Below, one piece after another: positions 47,140-57,675 of a stretch of DNA of 64,000 nucleotides. The stretch comes from a virus. The position numbers were made by a program, and so were the translations under genes. Positions within the stretch are counted from its first letter, which is position 1, and each line of letters starts with the position of its first letter. The stretch covers positions 1 to 64,000 of IMG/VR virus record IMGVR_UViG_3300027704_000014; one strand, 5' to 3'. Under the pieces are notes generated by a model. The model saw nothing but the letters and a program-made list of their open reading frames with translations. It made no database searches and was not told the DNA's origin.

Positions 47140-47745
47140 TTGAGCTTTAAAACTGTAAGAGAATTCGAAACAGCAATAGCACAGTTTTATGATGCCCCAT
47201 ATGCTGTGGCAGTAGATTGCTGCACTCATGCGGTCGAACTTTGCTTACGTTATACTAAGCCAGAAGTCAACATAGGCATACCAACTAATACATATATTAG
47301 CATTCCGTTTACATGTCAAAAACTAGGGCTAAAGTGGCACTGGGTTGAGAACGAATGGGAAGAGTATTATCACATAGATGGCACTGATATAATAGATGCA
47401 GCAGTATATCTTAAACGTGATGGTTATATTCCACTAAGTTTTATGTGTTTAAGTTTTCAATTTAAAAAGCCATTGAGCTTAGGCCGTGGCGGTGCTATAC
47501 TGTGTTATAACGAAAGTGACTACATAGCATTAAAGAAGATGGCATACGATGGACGAGTAGACGATATCGCATGGGCCGAACAAGCAATAGACACAATAGG
47601 TTATCATTATTACATGACACCTGAAACTGCACAAATGGGGTTGGACAAACTGCCAGAGGTTGCAAATAAAGAATGGCGCAAGTGGAGTTACAAGGACTAT
47701 CCGTTTTTACCGGATGTACCTGTATTCAACACCGGCCATCATTAA
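47140..47745 (+). CDS. Short DegT/DnrJ/EryC1/StrS-family sugar aminotransferase
   Basis: FETAIA...AVAVDCCTHA, IDAA, CLSFQFKKPLSLGRGGAI and GYHYYM motifs. Confidence 0.8.
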   Translation: MSFKTVREFETAIAQFYDAPYAVAVDCCTHAVELCLRYTKPEVNIGIPTNTYISIPFTCQKLGLKWHWVENEWEEYYHIDGTDIIDAAVYLKRDGYIPLSFMCLSFQFKKPLSLGRGGAILCYNESDYIALKKMAYDGRVDDIAWAEQAIDTIGYHYYMTPETAQMGLDKLPEVANKEWRKWSYKDYPFLPDVPVFNTGHH

Positions 47746-47757
47746 AAAGAGACATAT

Positions 47758-48705
47758 ATGAGAAGAATTTTTACGTTCGGGTGTAGCATGACCGAATACC
47801 AATGGCCTACGTGGGCTGATATGTTATGCTACCATTATAATCAAGAGGAAGGTGCTGAAACATACAATTATGCTAATTGTGGCATGGGCAACGAACATGT
47901 TGTGCAAGCATTAACAGCAGCTGATCTAAAGCATACATTCACAGATGACGATATTATATGTGTACTGTGGAGTAGTTGGCTAAGAGAAGATCGACTTTGG
48001 CAAGATAAACGTTGGGGCAAAAATGGAAGTATTCTTAACACTCCAACTACTCAGCCATTTGGTGAGTTTGCTAATAATTATTTTAGTTTAGAAAACTATA
48101 TAATGAAAAATATTACTAATATACATACTGCTAATAAAGCATTCAAGATTACTTATCAGGATCACATCTTCCAATGTGAGGAACCATTAATGTCTGAGGA
48201 GGCTGATAAGTTGTTGCACAGTTTTTACTTTGATATGCCAGGTGGTGCTGCGTTTACTAAAGAAGACGTAGCAGAGTATATTAAAGGTAACGGTGGTGTA
48301 GACGGGCAGTCAATAATCAGAGAGGTAGATGGCCATCCTAGTCCAGCTGAACATTTATTATACTTAGAGAATAAAGTATTACCTGCACTAGGCATCTCAC
48401 AATTAAATACTAAAGCAGCAGAATGGGTAGATATTTGGGACAAACGAATAACACTTGCGAATAAGCAGATAATAGCAGCGTCGGGTCATCCAGTGGATGA
48501 TGCTGTATTTAATGCAAGAGGAACATGGTCAGAGATGATAACAAATGAAACTAGCACTTGGATGGATAGATGGGAAGACTTGTGGGACACGCAATTTTTA
48601 CATAGCGTTGGGTCTGAAGAAGGTGTTTACAAAATGTTACAACTCTACCAGGATAAGTATGGAAACGGCCAAAAGTCTAACTTTGATTACCATCCAAATG
48701 AATAA
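47758..48705 (+). CDS. SGNH/GDSL-like protein
   Basis: FTFGCSMT..WPTWAD, GMGN and DGHPS motifs. Confidence 0.6.
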   Translation: MRRIFTFGCSMTEYQWPTWADMLCYHYNQEEGAETYNYANCGMGNEHVVQALTAADLKHTFTDDDIICVLWSSWLREDRLWQDKRWGKNGSILNTPTTQPFGEFANNYFSLENYIMKNITNIHTANKAFKITYQDHIFQCEEPLMSEEADKLLHSFYFDMPGGAAFTKEDVAEYIKGNGGVDGQSIIREVDGHPSPAEHLLYLENKVLPALGISQLNTKAAEWVDIWDKRITLANKQIIAASGHPVDDAVFNARGTWSEMITNETSTWMDRWEDLWDTQFLHSVGSEEGVYKMLQLYQDKYGNGQKSNFDYHPNE

Positions 48706-49429
48706 ACTCAAATAACTTTTTTGCATGAAGTCTATGAGGCTCTTCGTTGTGGTGCCAGTACTTTGCTTTAGGATTTTCATATCCTGCATTTCTATAATGC
48801 CAAAAGAAGGCGGCATCATTGTCTAGCATATCCATATACTTACTTTGATCTACTAGGTCAATATAAAACTGTAAGTGTGTGTTTTCAGATGAGAACATTT
48901 CCATAGTATTAGTCATAACATAGTCAATGCCTTTACTGTTAAAGAAGTACTGCATTTGTAGCACTGTGTTAATACATTCTAACTCACACATAAACTCGTG
49001 CCTTGCCTGATACTCGTGCCAGTAAGGTATAACATCTTTTTCGTAATCGTTACCTCCAGCCCAGCCTGCATTAATTTGTAGGAAGTATTCGTTAATTTTA
49101 GTGTAATAGTCTGCGGCAGTATTAGCTGGAGCATAGCCTATCGCATGCGGGTTAGGTAAATCAATGCGTGTAGTTTCTGTCCAACCTATTAGTACTTTTA
49201 CGTCCATAGTGTCAGCATTGTATTCTTTATCAAACCAATTTAGTACACTTCGTGCAATAGCTCTATTACTCATTGCAACCATTGCTATGTTTATAGGCTT
49301 CCTGTCCAGCTTTACTGCTAGTATGCCACCAAAACTGTTTTTACGATTATACTCGCTGTCTTCACTGCCATCAATTTCACTTCCGCCAGTGTGGCTACAA
49401 CCTGCTATTAATAATATTCTTTTAATCAT
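48677..49429 (-). CDS. SGNH/GDSL-like protein
   Basis: IAGCSHT, SNRAIAR and WHHNEEPH motifs. Confidence 0.6.
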   Translation of the reverse strand: MIKRILLIAGCSHTGGSEIDGSEDSEYNRKNSFGGILAVKLDRKPINIAMVAMSNRAIARSVLNWFDKEYNADTMDVKVLIGWTETTRIDLPNPHAIGYAPANTAADYYTKINEYFLQINAGWAGGNDYEKDVIPYWHEYQARHEFMCELECINTVLQMQYFFNSKGIDYVMTNTMEMFSSENTHLQFYIDLVDQSKYMDMLDNDAAFFWHYRNAGYENPKAKYWHHNEEPHRLHAKKLFEFIHLDGNQS

Positions 49430-50846
49430 TGTTAAATTCCGTATTTGCCCATTCTGACTGCCACTGCATGTGTATTAACGAGTTGTCTGATTCGGTTATA
49501 GTACCTGTTTGCGTATTATCTATTGCTTTTCTGAAATTATACTCTAGTGTATTTCTCATATCAGTATACATTACAAATAACTCGTCATATGATAAAGTTT
49601 CAATCCAATCAATAATTTCTACAATCTTTTTAAGTCTTAGTACATGATTTTCTTCTTCATCATAACTTTCGTCCCACCACTTGTTAAATGTTTTGTAACC
49701 TGCTTCTCTCATACTCTTTAATGTGTAAGGCGGTGCGAGCAGTATGAACGGAGTTTTATATACTACCGATTGTATTGCTTTTTCACTATAGTTGCCTGTT
49801 GGTTGTGCAAATCTACTCTCAACATGCACACTAACAAATGTTTCTCTATAATATTTTTCTAGTCTATGTTGTTTTTCGTTATATGCTACAGGATTCATAC
49901 CATCGTTAACTTGCTTGTCATCTAGATCCGCTGGGTAATTATGAGCAGCATGCTCGCGAATAAATGTCGAACCGGATGCTTTAAAATCTAATTCATATGG
50001 CGCAATTCTATTCATTTTTATTGTACTTGCCTGAAATCTTTCGTTAAAGCCTGGAAAGTATTTATTCATTTCTTCTTTATTTGCCCATGGTGATTGCTCA
50101 CATATATTTGGAGATACAGCAAAGTACCAGGATAAATGCGAATCACATTCTGCCATCACTGTAGATATTAAGTACCTAGCAGTTGTGTATCTCCACATAG
50201 GACAAACAAATTTCTTTGTAATTTTTACTTTAGGTTCTTGACTCATGCCATCGTATATCCGTAAGTCTCTTAAAAATAAATCGTCGTATATTAACGTCAT
50301 ATGATCTTTATATAACGGATAATACTTGTCAGCATCATAATCACAAGTTGCTACAGTAACATTAGTCAATGCATGTTTCCTTACAAAATTCCAAATACTG
50401 TCTAACTCTTTTGCTCTAAACTCTCTTGTGTTACCGTCGTTATAAAATTCACTATAAAAGCCAAAGTTAAAGTTATGGAATAGTGTATGAGCGTAACGAT
50501 CGTTTACCATATGCGAGCACAATGGCTCTGTTAGAAATATCTTGAGACCATGCTTGTTTAAGAATTTACGAGTTTCTAAAGATAATTCTGTAGCATCTAG
50601 TGAAATCATGGGACCATTAGAATAATATACTATAACTGCTGTCAATGGGTCATCTAAGGATAGTGTTCCTAGCCTACTGTAGTCGCTGAAGGTGGCCTTT
50701 AAAAATTCATTTGTCTCTACCTTAGGTATGTGATCTAGCTCACCAGGGAAATTATGCGTGTATAAACTTGACTCAGTTTGAATCATATCTGTGCCGTTTT
50801 GCTCATCGTCAGATATATGTACTGTTGTTTTTTTCTCTCTAGCCAT
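49422..50846 (-). CDS. Glycosyltransferase-like protein (ES...SEK family)
   Basis: VHVESRF...YSEK...TPFIL...GYKTFNKWWDESYD. Confidence 0.55.
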   Translation of the reverse strand: MAREKKTTVHISDDEQNGTDMIQTESSLYTHNFPGELDHIPKVETNEFLKATFSDYSRLGTLSLDDPLTAVIVYYSNGPMISLDATELSLETRKFLNKHGLKIFLTEPLCSHMVNDRYAHTLFHNFNFGFYSEFYNDGNTREFRAKELDSIWNFVRKHALTNVTVATCDYDADKYYPLYKDHMTLIYDDLFLRDLRIYDGMSQEPKVKITKKFVCPMWRYTTARYLISTVMAECDSHLSWYFAVSPNICEQSPWANKEEMNKYFPGFNERFQASTIKMNRIAPYELDFKASGSTFIREHAAHNYPADLDDKQVNDGMNPVAYNEKQHRLEKYYRETFVSVHVESRFAQPTGNYSEKAIQSVVYKTPFILLAPPYTLKSMREAGYKTFNKWWDESYDEEENHVLRLKKIVEIIDWIETLSYDELFVMYTDMRNTLEYNFRKAIDNTQTGTITESDNSLIHMQWQSEWANTEFNND

Positions 50847-51345
50847 TAACTATTGTTCCTGTTATTTGTAATGCGTATCGATCTTTTGTTCCAATATTTG
50901 CACTTGCATGGTCTACGTCTGCATGCCATAGCACAAAGTCTCCTGCTTTCCAAGAAGTTAGTGCGTTATGGTCTACTTCTAAATATTGTCCTGGTGCCCA
51001 ATCTTCTAAAAATAATAATGCTCTGTATACATCACTTCTATTTACTTCGAATACTTTGCAGTATGTTTCAAAGTGATCTATATGGTTAGGCATTATGTCT
51101 AATGTTGTTAGTTTATAAAATACAAATCCTGCGTTTGTTAAACCCATTTGCTCTGCTACTGTATCTGTCCATGCTGGCATAGGATTGCGACTGTCGTACA
51201 TGCCGCCTGAGAAACTCTCATGGTAATAACCAAGTGAGCGCCAGTTCTCCATTTCTTCTTCTTTGAGTGGCTGCTTAGTATATTCGTAGTCTTTAAATGC
51301 GTCTTGCCAAACTACAGCTACTTTGCCGTATGTTACGTTATCCAT
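50839..51345 (-). CDS. 2OG-Fe(II)/cupin oxygenase-like protein
   Basis: PNHID...DHASANIG...RYALQITG. Confidence 0.7.
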   Translation of the reverse strand: MDNVTYGKVAVVWQDAFKDYEYTKQPLKEEEMENWRSLGYYHESFSGGMYDSRNPMPAWTDTVAEQMGLTNAGFVFYKLTTLDIMPNHIDHFETYCKVFEVNRSDVYRALLFLEDWAPGQYLEVDHNALTSWKAGDFVLWHADVDHASANIGTKDRYALQITGTIVNG

Positions 51346-51922
51346 ATATGTTAAATTCCACTGGTATTATGTTATGGTATCCCCAGTAATATGTCTTTAG
51401 TGGGTCATGTGTTCCGTCATCTAGTTGTGCTGTTGTATGAGAATAATTGACTCCTTCGTTAGTTATACTAGGAAACGGTAGAGATAGATTTATAAGTACT
51501 CCTACGTTTAACGGATTACTCGATGGATTAAGATATGCAAAATCTTTTAAATCTTTGGCTGCTTTACTAATACATCTACCTAAATGTACACCACATAAAA
51601 ATATGTTATCGTATGTTGGGTATTCAGTATTAAATATATTAGTTACATTATTATGTAAAGATCGTATATGCTGTAACTCAGGTACTGTTTCGTTAACATC
51701 ATGCACGAAGTCAGCACCGAGATGTGGTTTAGTATGTGTTGGCGTATTTACATAAACATCAGTTCCGTGATTTACTGACTCCCACCGTGTAACTCGAGAA
51801 ATAAATTTAGATAATTCCTTTACATCGGTCAACATGTGAGCATGATATTCAGCATCTGCTGGCATTAAAGAATGCCACATATCAATTATAACAATTGCTG
51901 ATTTGCCGGATGGTCTATTCAC
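51338..51922 (-). CDS. Isochorismatase/cysteine-hydrolase-like protein
   Basis: IVIIDMW and FLCGVHLGRCI motifs. Confidence 0.5.
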   Translation of the reverse strand: MNRPSGKSAIVIIDMWHSLMPADAEYHAHMLTDVKELSKFISRVTRWESVNHGTDVYVNTPTHTKPHLGADFVHDVNETVPELQHIRSLHNNVTNIFNTEYPTYDNIFLCGVHLGRCISKAAKDLKDFAYLNPSSNPLNVGVLINLSLPFPSITNEGVNYSHTTAQLDDGTHDPLKTYYWGYHNIIPVEFNIYG

Positions 51923-52892
51923 GTTCTAGGTCCAATGTAACACAATGAAAGCCGCCGCCTAGTGTACGCTGGTGCCTAATAGGTAGCATTGCACTTTCTA
52001 TGCCATACTTTTCTAGCTCTTTTGCTAACGGTGTTTGATGTTCTTCTAATACTACTAAGTTAGGATTTACACTTAACAAATTCATATTAATCCACACACT
52101 AGCATTATTGTAATGACTATGGTAGCCAATGTCTACTGGCTCAGGACACATAATGTAGTCCCAACTTCTAAACGGTTCGGGCAATACATTTACATCTTTT
52201 ATTCTACTAGGGTTAAGTAGCATTAAACCCTCTCGTAGAAACGCTACAGTGCTGTCTATGTGCATGTAACTGTACACACCCTCTAATGTGTGTACTTTAG
52301 CAGTATCGCCTAGTAGATCCTGTAACAGCATTGCTCCTTGCTTATTACCACTATTGCTTACTAGATATAATATATCCTCGTTAGCACGAATAGTGTTAGC
52401 GGCATCGAACAATGGAGTTAGTTCGTTTAGTGCAAGTGTATCAGGATCACCACAACAATCTAAATTGTAATTGTAATCTCCTCTGTCAGCAGCTAATACA
52501 ACCATAGGCTCATCAAAAGCGTGATTAATATTTTTCCAATTAGTTGCTCTAGGGCGTATAGGGTTAGGTGTAGCCAATGCTAGTTTATTATGTACAAACC
52601 CAATATCTCTTGGGCAGTAATCGTAGTATTGTGTTTTCTCTACAGGCTGTGGGCGTATTACTTCTGCACCTTCACCTTCTAAAAATTTACTTAGAGTATC
52701 TAAGTCTTCGTTTGATTCGTCTATGACTTGCTGTGGATAGTCGCCACTAGTAATAGTGCTTTCGTCAGCAACATCTGCATAGTTTACTGTGCGTACACTT
52801 ATGTCTATGGGAGGTACAGTAGCACCAGTTGCAGTGCCTACTATTACTTTTTTTAGTGTGTCCCATTCATTGGTCGCGTATTTCTTAGTCAT
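51915..52892 (-). CDS. Amidinotransferase (glycine / inosamine-phosphate amidinotransferase family)
   Basis: NEWDTLKKVIVG, CPRD, FDAAN, HIDST and GGGFHCVTLD motifs. Confidence 0.92.
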   Translation of the reverse strand: MTKKYATNEWDTLKKVIVGTATGATVPPIDISVRTVNYADVADESTITSGDYPQQVIDESNEDLDTLSKFLEGEGAEVIRPQPVEKTQYYDYCPRDIGFVHNKLALATPNPIRPRATNWKNINHAFDEPMVVLAADRGDYNYNLDCCGDPDTLALNELTPLFDAANTIRANEDILYLVSNSGNKQGAMLLQDLLGDTAKVHTLEGVYSYMHIDSTVAFLREGLMLLNPSRIKDVNVLPEPFRSWDYIMCPEPVDIGYHSHYNNASVWINMNLLSVNPNLVVLEEHQTPLAKELEKYGIESAMLPIRHQRTLGGGFHCVTLDLERE

Positions 52893-55242
52893 CCTCACCA
52901 CTACTAGTGCTAGTAAAGGGCATGTTAGCCATATCGCCTACAAGTTGTACAACCTGTGTTTGATTAGGGTTTAAGTCTTCTACTGATTGTGCATCAGTAG
53001 AGGCACGATATGCTGCCAAATCATTTAAGTGTTCGTTATCATCATTCACACCGGGTGAAATCTCAGCAGCAACTTCAACATCATGCGAACCACGATCCCA
53101 TTTACCTGTTCCGATATAGTTGTAGTCAAAGGTAAAGTCAATGTTATCATTAAGGAATTTTTCTTCTTCAAGCAAATCATTAAAGTCTATGTCTCCGCGA
53201 CCTGCTAATTTATCCCAATCTGGTTTTGCTAGTGCTCTTGCTCGCAGTGCAGGGTTACTTTGCATACGACTATAGTCTTGTGCAAAGAATGGGCCTTTTC
53301 TGCCTACTGGCGGTGCTTCTCTCATATCATATGGGTTGTCAATTTGCTTATAATCATATGTAAATTTAGCTGTCCAGCTGCCGGATGCACTAATTCTAAA
53401 TTTGTACACTGCTGTAAACATGCCTGGTCCAAACTGATTGCCAAACTCTTTTAAATCAATCTCTGGATTGAAATGTATTTGGGCTGTGTAACCACCTCTG
53501 GTTCTCCACAACATTCTCAAGAAAGGCCATATCTCATTTACTAAGTTATCAGCAAACGGTGAGATGTCTGGCTTAATGATCTTGTAATCAAAATTCTCAT
53601 ATTCTATTTCGTGCTGAGCACCCGGATCATCTAATGTTATTTCATAATGTTCTTTAACTAAGTTACGTCTAATTGGATAACCATACGGTACGTCAGTACA
53701 CCCTGCAATAAGATCTAAGTACATGTGGAAGAACTTAACACGATGCATAACGTGTGTTCCTGCAATAGTAAAGTCATTTGCAATCCAATGATTCATATAC
53801 TTGTGATACGAAACATTATACTTATGAGGATTCTGCCCTACAATAGTTTCTGGTCCTACAGCCATTCCAACACCGGCACCAACGTTGTTGATGTTCATGT
53901 TTCTGTTACGCCATAAGAACTGCATACTTTGTGCAAAGTCGTCGTGCTTCTCTGTTGGGAAGCCTACGATCCAGTTAGTGGCCGCCATTACGCCGTACTT
54001 CTTGCCCCACTTAAAGTTATCTTCCATTTCCTTAATTGTGACACCCTTAGCCATGTCGTCTAGTACACGTTGACTACCAGATTCGATACCGTAGTTAAAC
54101 ATAATGCAACCACCGTCGCCGGAGATGTCTCTGAAAAATTCTTCGTCCATTCTACCATCGCAACGAGCATAACCTGTCCAACGCATAGGAATTTTCTTTG
54201 CTCTTAGTGCAAGTGAAAACGCCCTTAGTTCATTGGGTACGCCATTTACAAGACTGTCAATGAACCACATGATGTCTGCACCTTTCTCATAGTACAAATA
54301 TTCTGCTTCTGTGATAACATCAACTGCCTGACGCTGTCTATATTTCCAAAAGTGTGTTTCTTCGCAGAACGTACACTTAGCTGTGCAACCACGTGAGAAC
54401 TCTGAGGTTACTCCGTTAGGTACTTTATATTCATTAAAGTCTAGGCCAGTGTAGTCTGGCATAGGCATACCGTTGATGTTTATACGTTCAGTATTAGATT
54501 GTTTTAGAACTTGTGGCTCATCATGTGTAATGCCCTCTTCGAGTTCTTTTAAAATTTGTAGTATAGCATGTTCGCCTTCGCCTGTTACAACATAGTCGTA
54601 TAAGCCTTTGCTGTCGAACCAATCCTTGTGTACGTTACTGCCGCCGACCATTTGTTTAATGTGAGGCGCACGTCTACGCAATTCTGCAGACATCCAGTTA
54701 GTAGGCTCTTCAGAGATGTAATACTGACTGAATCCTACAATAGTGGGGTTTGCTTCTATGATTTGATCAATGCCTTTTATAAGCAATGGTTCCAACAACG
54801 GATGGATATCTGTTAAGTAGGTATCGCCTAGCCAATGCCAACTAGCACTCGGATCCCACAACATAAAAGGTATTTTATTATTAGGTAGCCAGTCGTCTCT
54901 GAACAGATTATACGCTTTTACATTAAGATCGATAATAGTAGTTTCGTAGCCAGTGCTTTTTAATACACCACTTAGTCTTGCTAAGTTAAAAGGTGGAAAC
55001 TCTGGTGCCCACTCAGGACACATAACAAGCATTACAGATGACTCTCTGGTTTTATATTCTGTATATACAGTTGTCATCTTCTTCTGCTGGACTTTCTTTG
55101 CAAATGGAGCAATAACTTCCATCATGGTTTGATGTCTAGCATCTTCGATACTTAGATCTGGCTTAGCGTATGAGTTCACTTTTTCTGTTGCCAGATTATC
55201 TAAGTTGAAATCAATTACTGGCTTTTTTGAGTCGTCTGACAT
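52885..55242 (-). CDS. Cobalamin-binding radical SAM enzyme (class B methylase-like)
   Basis: PPFNLARL, IVGFS, GEGE, SRGCTAKCTFC, GIESGS and IVGFPTE motifs; TAAATA at 55270-55275. Confidence 0.88.
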   Translation of the reverse strand: MSDDSKKPVIDFNLDNLATEKVNSYAKPDLSIEDARHQTMMEVIAPFAKKVQQKKMTTVYTEYKTRESSVMLVMCPEWAPEFPPFNLARLSGVLKSTGYETTIIDLNVKAYNLFRDDWLPNNKIPFMLWDPSASWHWLGDTYLTDIHPLLEPLLIKGIDQIIEANPTIVGFSQYYISEEPTNWMSAELRRRAPHIKQMVGGSNVHKDWFDSKGLYDYVVTGEGEHAILQILKELEEGITHDEPQVLKQSNTERININGMPMPDYTGLDFNEYKVPNGVTSEFSRGCTAKCTFCEETHFWKYRQRQAVDVITEAEYLYYEKGADIMWFIDSLVNGVPNELRAFSLALRAKKIPMRWTGYARCDGRMDEEFFRDISGDGGCIMFNYGIESGSQRVLDDMAKGVTIKEMEDNFKWGKKYGVMAATNWIVGFPTEKHDDFAQSMQFLWRNRNMNINNVGAGVGMAVGPETIVGQNPHKYNVSYHKYMNHWIANDFTIAGTHVMHRVKFFHMYLDLIAGCTDVPYGYPIRRNLVKEHYEITLDDPGAQHEIEYENFDYKIIKPDISPFADNLVNEIWPFLRMLWRTRGGYTAQIHFNPEIDLKEFGNQFGPGMFTAVYKFRISASGSWTAKFTYDYKQIDNPYDMREAPPVGRKGPFFAQDYSRMQSNPALRARALAKPDWDKLAGRGDIDFNDLLEEEKFLNDNIDFTFDYNYIGTGKWDRGSHDVEVAAEISPGVNDDNEHLNDLAAYRASTDAQSVEDLNPNQTQVVQLVGDMANMPFTSTSSGEDD

Positions 55243-55285
55243 AATTTCTTCTGTTCCTATTGATGCAGCTATTTACCGCTTTTTG

Positions 55286-56875
55286 CTAGTATGCAGTATT
55301 GTTCATGAGCAACCGAGAGAAGTTCATTGGTGCTGCTATTAGCTCTTTATTTCTACTAAGTACATCAAAATTATGCTGTAGGGTAGGCACCATTTCTTCT
55401 ATCATTTGTTGCCACTCGTCATGTGATAAGTTTATTAAACGTTTAGCTTCTTCCATTACCATATCCATTCGTTTATCACAGTCCGGTTCTAAATCGTAAC
55501 TCTCATCTATCCATCTGCTGAACGTTTTATACCCGAACTTGCGTAGGTTTTCTAATGTTCTATCTACCCCTACTACTACAAACGGATGCTTCATACATAA
55601 TGGTTTATATATTTTTTCACTTAAAAATACACTGTTTGTTGGCTGAATATCTACAAGATGGTTGTACTTGTATGTGTCTTTATAAAATAATGTTTCGTTT
55701 ACAATACTAAAATACGAAGTATCAAAATGTGATATATCGTCACTTTGCAAGTCTGCTGGATTCCAGCGTTCTTCTGTTTTGTTTAAGTTATAATCTAATT
55801 CAGGCACAACGTTTTCAAAGAAATAATGCATAGTATCTTCCCAGTGCCCTATGTCGCCCGGTAAACGAATACCTTTCCATCTATCAAGGTGGCCATCTGT
55901 ATTATAAAAACTAACGTGTCCTTGCTCTATTAAGCCTGCACTGTGTAATTCTGTTATAACTTTTACACGATGTAATCTAGGCATACGGTTATAACATAAG
56001 TATTTCTTTTCACGTTTGCCTGTGTATACTTCTCTGTTTATTTCAGAATAATGACCTACTAGTCCTTGTTCAAACATCATGCCTTTTGCTACTGCTTCAA
56101 ACCTTGCACAAGGTACTATAGCTAATTCTTCTTCAAACCCGTGTTGTTTACACCAGTTACTATATATTTGTTGACCGTTTAGTGCTCCGGTGAGAAACAA
56201 AAATCTATTATCAAAGCCTGGTATGTGCTTTCTTACACGTCTAATAATACTATGACATGTATACAACCTTGTCCAATACATTGCTTCGTCTTTGTCATCG
56301 AAGGCAAAGTACTCTATACCGTTATATATTTTTTTCTTAATAAAATCTACTAAATCTAATACCGCTAATTGGTCAATAGCATGTTCACGTATAGGTCCTG
56401 CATATATTGGAAATAGTCTGCCTGACTCAAAGTATGGTAGCAGTGGAGAAAAACTAGATCGAAGTACTACGTCATAATTGCCTGAATTTCTACTGTTTGA
56501 TTCGCCTAAATCTGATATGCTCAATTCATTATTTACACGTTGAATAAAATCTGAGCCGTTCCATACCCACTTATCGTTCGAAGTTAGATGTTGCATATCT
56601 GCCTGATTGTATGCAGTAGTTTCTTCATCATCTATTATAAGCAGTGTTTTATTGTAATAATTTTGAAAGTACTCTCGATTCAAACCAACTACTATGGATA
56701 CATCATATCTAGCAAAGTCTTCCTTTTCGCCGATGCCTGTATGTACTAATGACTGTATTCCTATGCTCTTTAGTTCTTGTACTAAGTCATCCATCTCTAA
56801 GGCTATACAGTCTGTGATGATTTCAATTTGATCACCAAACTTTTTTGCTTGTTGTGCAATTAAATGTGTATTCAT
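55286..56875 (-). CDS. Glycosyltransferase-like protein (ET...SEK family)
   Basis: LCYNR.PRLHR and FSIVNET...FLSEKIYKP...HPF...DESYD motifs. Confidence 0.55.
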   Translation of the reverse strand: MNTHLIAQQAKKFGDQIEIITDCIALEMDDLVQELKSIGIQSLVHTGIGEKEDFARYDVSIVVGLNREYFQNYYNKTLLIIDDEETTAYNQADMQHLTSNDKWVWNGSDFIQRVNNELSISDLGESNSRNSGNYDVVLRSSFSPLLPYFESGRLFPIYAGPIREHAIDQLAVLDLVDFIKKKIYNGIEYFAFDDKDEAMYWTRLYTCHSIIRRVRKHIPGFDNRFLFLTGALNGQQIYSNWCKQHGFEEELAIVPCARFEAVAKGMMFEQGLVGHYSEINREVYTGKREKKYLCYNRMPRLHRVKVITELHSAGLIEQGHVSFYNTDGHLDRWKGIRLPGDIGHWEDTMHYFFENVVPELDYNLNKTEERWNPADLQSDDISHFDTSYFSIVNETLFYKDTYKYNHLVDIQPTNSVFLSEKIYKPLCMKHPFVVVGVDRTLENLRKFGYKTFSRWIDESYDLEPDCDKRMDMVMEEAKRLINLSHDEWQQMIEEMVPTLQHNFDVLSRNKELIAAPMNFSRLLMNNTAY

Positions 56876-57675
56876 GTAAGATCAAACCACGCATGTAATA
56901 GTTGTTCTGGTCGTTCTTCTATTGCTTCAGTATGGGTATCACACGAGCTTGCCCATTCTCCTGTTTCACTAGATAAGTTAAAACCTATTTTGTTTAAGTA
57001 GTCGTAATATGTTTTTGTTTTAGGATGATAATCTACGCTAGGATTTCCTTCGTGGTCGTTGAATGCAAATGTTTCTGCCCACGATCCTCCGCAACCTCTA
57101 TTTAGAAGATCCGGAAGTATCTGGTTCCTAAGATCATTGTAAAATATATTTAAATCAGTATAGTCATTTGATAGATCCGGAGTCTGGCTTAACCCATAGT
57201 AATCTTGCATATCAGGATCTACTCCCCACATCGAAATACTATCAAACGATTGCGACTCGAGCATTTTCATTGCTGTGTCTACAATAGCATAGTCCCTTAC
57301 AGCAAACCCTTTAGTATCAGATAGATACTTGTTTACAATCTCTAACGGAATATCACTCTGCGAATATATGTTGCCGGGTGTTTTCCAGTCATTATCTTTA
57401 AAACTGTCTTGTCTATAGAACGTTGTCCACATAATAGTAACTAAGTCATCTTCGCCAATGTTATAGTATCGCATTGCTTGACTTAACTTAGAAAGTATGT
57501 AAGTGTTTCCTGCTCCAGGTTTACCAGTGTTTACATAGCCTGCATCTGGCATTTCGTGTGTAATTACGTCAGCCCATGTAGGCCAATAGTAGTTAGTAAA
57601 ACTGCAACCAAATGCAAAATGTCTTTTATATTTTTTTAGATCTAAATCTTTAATGTTTTGTGTATTGTATATCAT
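56872..57675 (-). CDS. SGNH/GDSL-like protein
   Basis: FAFGCSFT.YYWPTWAD, GAGN and DYHP motifs. Confidence 0.6.
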   Translation of the reverse strand: MIYNTQNIKDLDLKKYKRHFAFGCSFTNYYWPTWADVITHEMPDAGYVNTGKPGAGNTYILSKLSQAMRYYNIGEDDLVTIMWTTFYRQDSFKDNDWKTPGNIYSQSDIPLEIVNKYLSDTKGFAVRDYAIVDTAMKMLESQSFDSISMWGVDPDMQDYYGLSQTPDLSNDYTDLNIFYNDLRNQILPDLLNRGCGGSWAETFAFNDHEGNPSVDYHPKTKTYYDYLNKIGFNLSSETGEWASSCDTHTEAIEERPEQLLHAWFDLT

